DNA of 62,345 nucleotides, the filler included, from Bipalium vagum (Eukaryota), in NCBI GenBank assembly GCA_037834085.1. It is 3 parts of 3 records of this genome, joined end to end, with 100 filler letters (N's around TTAATTAATTAA, not from the genome) between each part and the next. Parts side by side here need not be neighbours in the genome. Positions count along the whole stretch, not along the records: positions 44,650 to 62,345 come from JBBMKC010055305.1; 2 more parts are not named here. The stretch is one strand, 5' to 3'. Below, in pieces: positions 52,031 through 62,345 of this stretch. How positions within the stretch are numbered: position 1 is the first letter of the stretch; each line of letters opens with the position of its first letter. The notes under the pieces are model-generated. The model made no database searches. It had not been told where the DNA came from and saw nothing but the letters and a program-made list of their open reading frames with translations. Both the position numbers and the translations under genes were made by a program.

Positions 52031-54397
52031 AGTCCTGGTATTTGTAATTCACCAAAATTATATTTCATTTCACAACACTCTTCATTGGCAACCTGGCAAA
52101 TATCGACTTATTAATAATACAGCTTTATAATTATTGTCGAGGAAAATAAAATTTAGCTTTGCCATTTCTGGAAAAGGGTTGGTTTATCATTATCACCTCG
52201 AGAGAAAAGCGAAATATTCATTATTTAAAAAAACCTAAAGATTTAATTTTTAGATTAAGTAGAATTTCTTTTCATTAACATTTTCCTACAAGCACCTTGG
52301 TTCATTCTGTATCTTCAATCATTGCCAATGAATATTGCAATTAAATAAAAAGGAGAAACAATGTCACTCTATTCCCAAATAGTTTGGTTCACCAGAGATT
52401 TCGTTTTTGTGGGTTGCGATCACCAACAGATTTATTTATTATTTCCTTTTTATTGATGGTTCAATTTATCATTTCTCCATTTCATCTATTTTTGATTGAT
52501 TATTTCTTATGTTTTCGATAGATTTTCATTCCTTCTCTGGACCAAATGAATAATTATAATTCCAACAATGAGAAAAAATAATTATAATGTAGAACTAATT
52601 AAATTTAATATCAAAACCGATTTAGACCACGAAACAGTTTTTACTTTTGATCATTAAGAATAAATTATAATAATTAAATTATTAATAATAAATAATAATT
52701 TAATTATTATTTCATTATTACCTTTTAATATATTATTTAATATTATTTATCATATTAAATTTATAAAATTTTATTATTATTATCTATTACTTGAGGATTT
52801 ATCATGTTTTATTATTATTATTATTATTAACAATGAATTCATAATTAATTTTAAATCTTCTTTTAAAACCGAAATCATTATTTCTTAGGAAACATTATTT
52901 CTTTTTAAACCTCTTGGACCTTCAAACCTTTGAGAAAAGAATTTATGGCAAAAGTCGTAGCAGGTTAATCAAACGCTCCACAGAAAAAATCAGAAACATA
53001 TTACCACCATTTGCTAAGAAGAAATAAAATCTGAAGAATGTGAGATGAAATACATTTCGTCAATAAATGATATGGATGAAATTCCACCACAGATGGTGGA
53101 GAAGAAAGACCAGAATTGATTAAAAGGAAAACTGACAAATAATAAAAGAAGAGTATTCTTCAAATATCAATTCTACAATCGAATTCGCAGAAAATGGAAA
53201 TATTTCATTCCAGGAGAATCAACGACTTTCTCAAAAATCAATTTAGGAGTGCTCTCAAATTGGGATTTATAAATTCCATTTTGGAATATTTAATAAGTAT
53301 AATGAACTTGAAAATATTTACCAATATTGAAAAATGAATAATTTCCTTGAAATTATCTTATCCCTCCGTGTAACGAAATTGAATTACTGACGAATTCCTA
53401 TGGCATTTTCAATAGTTAAGTCGTAATATGTTTTCATTTATTACCATTAGTGAACGTCTACCGCGCACAGAGGTAATGTGGGAAAATCAATATGTTGTTA
53501 ACAGTTGTCAACATAGCCTTTGAAGGTCATGTATGTGGAACGTCAAACAGATCAGTTGGTACTTGTTACACAATGTTTTCAGTTTTTTAGGAATTTCAAT
53601 TATCATGTAAAAGTAATATATTTAAAATGATGAAAATATTAATAGTAATTATCTTATTTATGATGGCAATAAAAAGTAAAATAATATTAAGAAATAAAAA
53701 AAAAATAATAAAAATAATAATAATATTATTAATAATAAAATTTATTCTGACATTAAATGGTCCACATGATTTTAAATTTAAAAGAGTATATAAATCAGAA
53801 GGCAATTATTCATATTAGGGACTATCCACAAGAGCCATGTCAAAATACAGTAAGTCTGTTTAATTCTGTCTGAAAAAATTTTTCTTCGAAAAATAATAAA
53901 TTAGAATATATTTCATATTTCCAGATATTGAAAATTTTTAAAATTCAATTTTATTTTATTTATATTTATTTATTTATTTATTTAGTATATTATTTAATTT
54001 TTTTCAAATTTATTATTAAAATTATATTTATCTAATTTTATTTTTTACAGTTATTTCTGTCAATTTGATAGTTTAATTTTTTTTTATCAAAATCAATATT
54101 TATAATAGCAATGCTTAAAAATTAGAGTTAATCATTGATATTGTACTCTCAAATTATATTTGTAAGTTTTGTTTAAATAAACGTATCAATGCCTTTTTGA
54201 AGTTCTGTGGTATTTTCTTCCATTGATAAAATCATAATTGCAAATTGAAGTATTATCGGAAAATTCTCGCTGCTCAATTTTATGATTTTAAAAACTTCAA
54301 TTAAATGAACATTTATAAAATGATTTTTCTTTTTATTTTCCATAAAAAGAAAGAAAATCTATTCTTCTTTTTTTCATCCATTATATTCCGCAAAATA

Positions 54398-54730
54398 TTA
54401 GGGCGAACCAAAAGTTTGTGCGGTTTTTTCACTATATATAAAAAGTAATATTTAAAGTTGATATATTTTATTGATTTCGGAAGACATTTTATAGACTTTT
54501 AAGTCATCTTTAATATGGATTGTAAATATTTCTCAAAATGTTGTTTTAATAATTAAGTTTATATCTTTTAGCAATAGGGAAAATTTCGGATGTCAAAAAG
54601 ACACTCTAAAGTTCTTTGATTTCAAGAAAAGGCTTGGCACAAACATGGTATCGAAGAACTTGCTAACAGATGGCTTCAGACTGTCGAATCAAAAGGCATT
54701 TATTTTGAAACTTGATTTTCATTTGGTTTT
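54398..54730 (+). mobile_element. Short mariner deletion derivative
   Basis: TIR-like TTAGGGCGAACCAAAAGTTTGTGCGGTTTT and C-terminal GIEELANRWLQTVESKGIYFE. Confidence 0.6.
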
Positions 54731-55274
54731 CATTAAATATATGTTGCAATTTCTGCTCTTGTTCACTCTGATGTAAATATATAAATAAATAAAAGGAAAC
54801 CATTTGTAAATAGATATGAAAATATATATGATAATCATCTCATAAGAATGCAGTAGTTATGGAGTCGAATTCTCAAAAATAATATTATTTATTTTTATTT
54901 AAATACATTAAAGAAAAACAATCTCCGTTTTCTTAAATACTCTTAAATAATTGAAAATTCTTTTTGTGCTTTTTTATGATTTAAAACAAAAAAGATATTT
55001 ATATACATTTTTCATATTCGAAAACAATAAAATGTGTTTCATGTACACAAAATGAAATAATCAGATATTGTGTAATATTAAATCAGGGGGGTGACTGAAA
55101 AAATATCACAGAGTATATGAAATGAACCGTCTAAGACTATGATAAGCAGTACAATATAAAATATGATACACATAAATACATAGGTCATACATATACACCT
55201 AAATGTTCGGCTTACACCGTCAGTGGATGAAAGGGGTTTGGGTTTCCCCTGAAAATTTCTACTTGTTAGTTAGT

Positions 55275-55784
55275 TTAGTTGGTCGTTAAAGACAGTCGGA
55301 AATCTTCTTTCTTGGTTCGAGTCTTTATAGAATCAATAAACAATGAATTATTATTTGTTTCAATCAACTGCGACTGTTCTGCACCCATGGATTTTGAATG
55401 TAAGAAAGGGAAGATGGATTTGAACATGCACTTGAATTCCCTTTTGAAGTTTTCATTCAACCATCCATACAAGACCGGATTGACACAGGCCGAACATAAA
55501 ACGATTAATAGACATATGGCCTGGATGCTCAACACCGTTTTAGCCTGCATCAGTGGCGAAACGGATCGCGACGTCATATTTTCCGATTTAAGAAAGACAA
55601 AATCAGATGTCGAATTTCTGCCTGGGTCTTTTCGGACATCGAATGAATTCAGTCGGAAATCCAATACCAAATTAACGGTATTTAACGGTAACCAGCTTAG
55701 AGCAAAAATGATGGCTAGGCAAGACAATAGAATGTTGGTTCGCCGTTGTCGCCTGGACTCTCTGATCCTGCGTTTTTCTCTAAC
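55275..55784 (-). CDS. NPFR: Last exon of a class A neuropeptide GPCR, NPY/NPF-receptor-like (end of ICL3, TM6, ECL3, TM7, helix 8, C-tail)
   Basis: Acceptor ctcattcAG; RRTNILL...IFALSWLPLNTVNLVLD (W6.48, P6.50, D6.59) and SACVNPVLYGWLNENFKREF (NPxxY and helix 8); earlier exons not found in the window. Confidence 0.85.
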   Translation of the reverse strand, partial: VREKRRIRESRRQRRTNILLSCLAIIFALSWLPLNTVNLVLDFRLNSFDVRKDPGRNSTSDFVFLKSENMTSRSVSPLMQAKTVLSIQAICLLIVLCSACVNPVLYGWLNENFKREFKCMFKSIFPFLHSKSMGAEQSQLIETNNNSLFIDSIKTRTKKEDFRLSLTTN

Positions 55785-56867
55785 CTGAATGAGAAGAAAT
55801 GGTTTTTCAATAGTAATATTTGGTGGATAGAGTTCGAAAAAGAACTGGTAACCATTTTCTAAAGATGTTTCGAAGTTTATCAATAATCACATCAAAATTC
55901 TCTCACACTATGGACATTGGAAAATCACCATATTTTTCATCAAAATATAATATTAAAATAATGTTTTGTTTTGTCTGGTATTTCATTAATGTTCTACAGT
56001 TTACTCCCTAAAAGTAATGATTTTCATAAGAAGACTTAATTAAAATTTTAATACATCAAAAAATGTTAAATATAATCGATTTCTTTTTGTCTGAAAGGTT
56101 ATTTCATAAATTAATATAATTATTAAGGGCTTTATTTAAACAAAAAACATTGGAGTTTGAACTTTTGAAAAGATTTACTTTTTTGGTTAAATATTACCTT
56201 TTAAAAACATAATTTACAATATAACTCAAAGGTTATTGGTGGATATTTAAATATACTATTTAAAATAGTAAGAATAATAACATTATATAATATATAGTAA
56301 TAAATAAATAATAAATAAATAAATTAGTATATATTTATAAATATAATAAAATATAAAAAAATAACCATTTATTGATTGAAATAATTTTTTCATTAACACT
56401 GAATTTAAATATTTTAAAAAGTCAATTTTATATTGATTATCATCACCACCTTAAAAACGAAAGGCCTTGTAAAAAATTACCCACCTTACTCCCCAGACCC
56501 ATCTCCAATAGATTATCATCTATTCTAATCCTTGACAATTCCCTACTAAAGTACAAGTTCAAAAATCAGGATAGATATTCAACACACATTATTTTCTTGT
56601 GTCCAATCCCGTGATCCGGACTTTTTAAAAAATCGTATTAATAAGTCTGTATAACGTGCTTGTTTTAATTCATAAAAATTTTTCCATGGAAACTTATCGA
56701 ATTTTGATTTTTAATATAAGAACGGGACAATACTTTTCTATCAACCTAATATTAATATTACAGGCAAGTAAGATCAACTATATATTGTTGCACTTTATAT
56801 AATTTAGATTTATTTCCTCGAGGTGTCTGTAAGTAAATTGAAAATTAAGGTTCAGGTAACCAAAAAA

Positions 56868-56930
56868 TATTGAACATAAGATATTGAACATAAAATATTG
56901 AACATAAATAATATTGAACATATTGAAAAC
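56868..56930. repeat. Short imperfect tandem repeat of ATATTGAACATAA
   Basis: Four to five copies of TATTGAACAT with about 13-nt period. Confidence 0.85.
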
Positions 56931-59529
56931 GGATAAATCAGTGGTTTAGTAATCCCTTGCAAAAGACATTTCTTGACTGGTCATTCAATGACGGGGGTGC
57001 TTTTGTTAAATGCTGACAATATGCGTACAAGGCATATAAGTTGAGAACTCTTTCCAGAAGTACCAACCAACCACTTTACAAGAGCAAATTGAAACATAAT
57101 TGGGACATAAATATCTTTTTATTTAAATCTGGTGGTGAAAAGAACCGGGTCTAAAATGTCCATCAATCATTTCAGTATTTTATTAATTGTAGTGATAGAC
57201 CAGACTAGTGCCATCTGCTTACACATATGAGTAAATGAAAGACCTCTATGATTAAAGAGGATCAGGAAGAATTTTAGCTATGGATGATCTGTAATTCAGA
57301 TAAGGTGACAATGGATGGATGAGATCAATAAAATAAAGTGTTAGGGTAATAATTTCATTTAAAATATCGAATTAAATAAACAAAAAAAAGTTAAAGAACT
57401 TTCTTGTATTTTTCTCATGTATTTCGTATAACCTTTGTGTTGCTGTTCAGTCTATATAATTTATACAATAATAAAATGGGATGTGATCCATTTTATTAAT
57501 AAAGTCTCTCTATTTTCAATTGCTCTCTGCTTTTATTTTAGTCTCATTTAAACAAATGACAGCAGGAAAAATAAATTAAATTAAGTCTTTGGAGAGAAAT
57601 AATTTCCCCATAATAAAATTAGTCGTAAAAATGGAATCGTAGTATGATATAAAAAATTCACAAAAGCATTTACAGAATAGAAACGATAAATAAAATAAAT
57701 AAAAACGAAAATTAATCAAAAAAATATTTTATTAATTCAAACAATGAGCGCCTTAAATTGATTAAGAAAGTTTATATTGTTGAATATTGACGTCTGTTAT
57801 TTTATCTATTAAACAATGAACGATATTATTATTAATATTATTATTTATTTTTTATTATTTTGTTTTAATTCTATCAGACTGGTTAATATTGACTAGTTGT
57901 ATCGTTGATGCTTGTGAAAAATAAATGAAATATTTTATAAAAATAAATACATAATTTCGAAGAACGTTCAGTGCTAGTAGATTTTGTAAAAATAATGATC
58001 ACTTCATATGCATATTGAAGTTATACATCAAATTGATGTTCTCCCAAATAGTTTCAGTAAATAATTGACTTTCACTACTCAATGTTGTCATTGCTAATGA
58101 GGGAGTCGACAAATGTTAAAATGGGAATTAATGATCATAAAAATATTTTATATGATAGATGATAACGCCTCTCTATTCACTCGATTCATAATATTTTATA
58201 ACTTTTATCTGTAGAAATAAATTATGAGAAAATGATAAAAGGAAATTACCTTGTCTATGAAATGACAACAATTAGTAAAACAAAAATCAAATATAATTTT
58301 TTTATTAATTTGAAAAAAAAACCTTTGGAAGTATTTTTCAAGTTAAAACTTAATTCTTGATATACAATTGATCAATAAGATGCATAAAAGTTATTTAATT
58401 AATGACGTCAAACCCGTCTGTGAATCAGAGGTTATGACTAAGCGAAGAAGCAAAAATATCAGATTTTACTGGACGAAGCTGAATCCGAACTCAGAAGACC
58501 ATGGTGCTATGATATTAGTACATTTATAATTGAAGTCGGAGAGTCGTACATCCCGTCAAACTTCCAAACGCTCTGGGCATTAGGACTTAAAAAGGCTGAT
58601 ATTAATACAATTATAAAATATATTTTGGTCACGACGATCATGAACACCCATAATATTGGGAATATATTCGTATCCAGAGCCAAGACAAACATCTAAAACC
58701 TTTTATGACAACCATATCCTTGATGTGAAATAAATAACTGGTTTTGATTTTAGTTTTTTTGGTGAAATAATTTTATTAGATAATATAAATTGGTTTAAAC
58801 AAAAATTAAATAATTATCATTGGATATTGAAAATAAAATCTAAAATTAATCTATGGTAATTAAATAATATAGATCTAAAAATTTATCGGAAAAATAAAAA
58901 TCATTTAATAATGAGTATTTATAATTTATAAATCAATACGTTCAGAGAATTATTTAAGTATATTATACGATCGTAAATAAGAATATTTCTGAAACCAGGA
59001 GTTATTATTATTTTTTAAAAAATTTTTATTATTAGTATTATTAAATTATTATTAAATTTTCTATCAAATAAATTTCCTGTGAATATGTTTAATATATATG
59101 TTTCTTTCTTGGAGACAGTGAAAAATGAATCTGGCCATGTTCGGGGAAATACAATGTTAAAAAAAATATCAAACCTGTACCAAGTAATAAACAGGCGCCC
59201 CATCCTGTTGGAAAATTATTTTCGATATTGCTCTGAGACGGCGTTTTAGCATAAGCTAAGACTTAAGCATCTCTAAATAATTAGCACTATTCAAATTTTT
59301 ATTAAAGAAGGAACCATAAAGATGTGGCATCGAAATACTTATCCAATACATAAACCTTGGACTGGAATGACATCTTGGGATTTAATGATTTAACAACAAT
59401 TTAACACTTACAGAAAATTTTTGAAGTCTTATTTTTATATAAAGTAAAATTACTTCAATGCAATTAAAATCTGGTCGTTACAGTTTGCACACCAATGATA
59501 ATATAAGAAAATTAATAATAAACTATTCT

Positions 59530-59800
59530 TCATTAGAATTTCGGGAAAGGTTTTAAAACATAAATCGTGTCATAAAGAAAAACAGGTACATCCTGCAGAC
59601 TAAGGTAAGCAAAAGCAGACTGTTTCGAACCGTCCAGCGAAAAGATTTTTTTCAAAGAGTGAACGCAGAAACAACGATGTTTCTTAAAATAAACGTATAA
59701 GACGAGAAATTTAACAGGATTTATGTTCAACTTTTCTGTATTTTCTAACATCCTGTGAAATTGCGAATATGTTTCTGTTGACATATGGTGGTCTGTCAGA
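59530..59800 (-). mobile_element. Possible Mutator-like (MULE) transposase remnant
   Basis: STETYSQFHRMLENTEKLNINPVKFLV resembles the MULE segment before the DFE motif; no catalytic motif intact. Confidence 0.3.
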
Positions 59801-61098
59801 TATGATCAAAGATAATCCTACTTTCATGGAATAACGGACAAAAATCGATTGTTCGGCTTTAGAAAAGTGACAGAAGAAACAAATGAAATTTTGATAAAAA
59901 TGTAATAAATTTAATAGAGAAAAGAAAAGAAATCAAAAAATATTTTTCATTTTGTTAACCCTCAAATTTGTTTTATTAATTAATTTCGACGTCAATTAAA
60001 ACAAAAGCATTCGTAAATCATTTTAAAGTTTACATCGGAGATCAAGAAACAGCAAACGGTATCATACCAATGTGTATATGTGTCTCATTGTTCGACCATC
60101 AGTCGAAATCTGAAAACATTGGAGCTGCTAATCGAAATTTTCTAGAAGATAATCGAACAACCAACGATACAATCTAGGTATCACTGAATATATCTGTAGA
60201 ATCTCTGAAATCAGGTACTTAAATGATATCTGAGTCTCATAACTTACGTAATCAAAAAGTCGACATTGAATTTCTCTAAATGATTTGAATAAATCTAAAT
60301 TGATTAATTGGTTTTAAAATAGGTAAACATTTGTGATACCATTAGTTTCCGTGTGATTAAGTTTCCGGATTCGGAATAAAGTCGCTGCAACGGAAGTATT
60401 GGTGGTAATAAATTAATGATATACATAACTTATTTGAAACTGTCAAGAAATATTAATATTAATTTCAGTATAAAAATTTTTGTTTAAATATTCATCATTT
60501 TATTATCCAATATAGAAAAAGTCGCGGAAAAAACAGCATTTGCGGGAAATTTTGATAGGTTTTTCCCTACGAAAACCGCTTTAAAAGTCATAATTTGAAA
60601 AACATGTCTTGTCAAGAACCCAATGTCTTAATAAAAATTGGTAATACTTTGAATTTTTAAATCATTTTAAACTAATAGGGATATTCTGTTAATTTTTACA
60701 ATTAAGTAAAATCTTTTCACATGAGATAATATCATTTTTAGTGTGGCAATTAGTTTGTGTTATACCGTATGTTACTTTTTCAAATAGTACATTCCACAAA
60801 CTGACCAACAAATAATTCATCATTTGGCAGATGGGAAACTGAAATTAATCTTTTAGACCTCATTCGAGACCAATTGATTTATTCACATTAACTAATATGA
60901 AAATGTATAATATGTGCTGATAAGGCTTCCAACTCCCTTTGGTAATACCGGGTTTTCATTGGAAAAATGAATCTTGGCTAATGAAAGTGCACAGATTATG
61001 ATGATTGATTTTCCGATAAAAAGTAATGTTCTGCATTTTTATAATTTTCGTTTTTCCATTTTTAATTTTAAAATAATTTACAGTTTTGTAATAATATA

Positions 61099-62345
61099 CC
61101 GGGTGTTCAAGTTAAAAGTTCATAAATAAAAGATTGTTCAAACTTCCTTCAGGTAATGAATTCATGAATATTTTCCATTTTCATAAAGATCAAAAATGCA
61201 GATTTATTTTTTTAACTAAGTTGAATTACAAGATATGTTGTATTTTATCAAAATAGTTACAAATATGATATGTACATAAATCATATTTTTATTCGAAGTG
61301 TCCACCCTCATTCTCTAAGCATGCTTTCAGCCTATGAGTGACATTTTTCACGATTTCTTGAAGGTTAATTTCTGTCACAATCTGTACAGCTTGGGTGATA
61401 CGTTCCTTCAGTATTTCAAGACTATTTGGGCGATTGCCGCCTGCATAAACTTTTTCTTTCAAGAATGACCATAACCAGAAATCCAGGGGAGTTAGATCAG
61501 GGTTTTGGCAGGCCATTCGTTAGGAGATCCTCTTGAAATTATTTTTCCAGAACCGAAAGTGTTTTCCAAGAATACTCTTGCGTGTTTGGCAATATAGGGA
61601 GCAGCACCATCTTGTTGGAAAATTAAACGGTTAAATTTCGGCATTGATTTGAGACTAGTAATAAGATAGTGAATAAGCATATCCAAATATCGTTCCGAAT
61701 TTATAGTCTGACTATTGCCATTATTCTCAAAGAAATATGGTCCAATAAGAAAGGAAGACGACATCGCAATGAATACGTGGAACTTTGCCGAGAATGTTGA
61801 GTATTCAACCACATTATTGAACTTTTGTGTCCCCCAAAATCGAAGATTTTGTCTGTTCACCCATCTATTGAGATTGAATGAGCATTCATCACTCCATACA
61901 ATTCTGGATAAAAATGTATCATCCTTGGACATATTTGACAGCATCCGTTTGCAAAAGGCATAACGATTTGCCTTATGTTTATCTTAGAGAGACTGCCTAA
62001 TTGTGACTTTATAGGGAAATAATTTCAATTCACGTCTGAGATACGTGCGAACTCATTCAATAGAAGAACCTGAAGCAGAACTCAGTTTCCTTATGCTCTT
62101 AGATGTTCCCTCTGCTTTCACCTGGTGTAAAACAGTATCAATATCCTTTTGTTTGTCTTCTGAAGCTCTAGGAGATCGCACATTGTGATCTTTATTAATG
62201 CAACCAGTTTACTGGAATTTAAAAATAATTTTTCTTATTTGCTGTACTGAAGGCGTGTCACTCTTTCTTTTTATTTTTTTTCGGTTGAAAATTTTCTGAG
62301 TTTCAGCGAAACTCTCAGTTTTAAAAAATAGCTCTACCAGCCTAA
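61099..62345 (-). mobile_element. DD41D/rosa-like Tc1/mariner element, frameshifted, running off the window
   Basis: TA-CCGGGTGTTCAA terminus; IVWSDEC, VNRQNLRFW, IGPYFF, FQQDGA, WPA.xPDLTPLDFWLW, RLKACLENEGGHFE. Confidence 0.92.

Noticed and set aside
53596-53818. Hydrophobic Ile/Phe/Lys-rich ORFs here and at 29792-30085, 35416-35763 and 48061-48261
   Set aside because: Translations of AT-rich low-complexity DNA with no coding signature.
55279-55788. 169-aa plus-strand ORF opposite the GPCR exon
   Set aside because: Coextensive with the exon and has no recognisable motif; an antisense shadow.
55785-55883. N-terminal part of ORF 55275..55883 (MINFETS...LLIQ)
   Set aside because: Lies upstream of a clear acceptor (ttctcattcAG) and does not resemble TM5 or ICL3; treated as intron.
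56868-56930. CRISPR-like repeat array
   Set aside because: Eukaryotic context, repeats of only 10-13 bp, no unique spacers and no cas genes.

Overview
AT-rich eukaryotic (animal) genomic DNA with (TAT/AAT)n microsatellites, GT-AG introns and many decayed DNA transposons. The very short introns and composition suggest an invertebrate such as a flatworm, but this is inference only. All three supportable protein-coding genes are on the minus strand. (1) A complete 10-exon BET-family chromatin reader (BRD4-long/fs(1)h-L-like, about 1114 aa, 22619..16394). It is unusual: both bromodomains lack the WPF shelf, BD1 has a Tyr gatekeeper, and a separate exon appears to encode a second, degenerate ET domain in tandem with the canonical one. 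(2) An orphan, low-complexity gene of about 497 aa that starts only about 400 bp after the BET stop and has an 11.3-kb intron full of mariner and pogo elements. (3) The last exon (TM6-TM7 and C-tail) of an NPY/NPF-type GPCR with a long ECL3. The rest is transposon debris (mariner, Tc1, DD41D-like, pogo/Tigger, hAT-Buster, probable piggyBac, CMC and MULE), a tRNA-Ala-like pseudogene/SINE inside inverted repeats, and two artificial 100-bp gaps carrying a TTAATTAATTAA linker. Exon models were derived by hand from splice signals and reading-frame phase, without transcript evidence.
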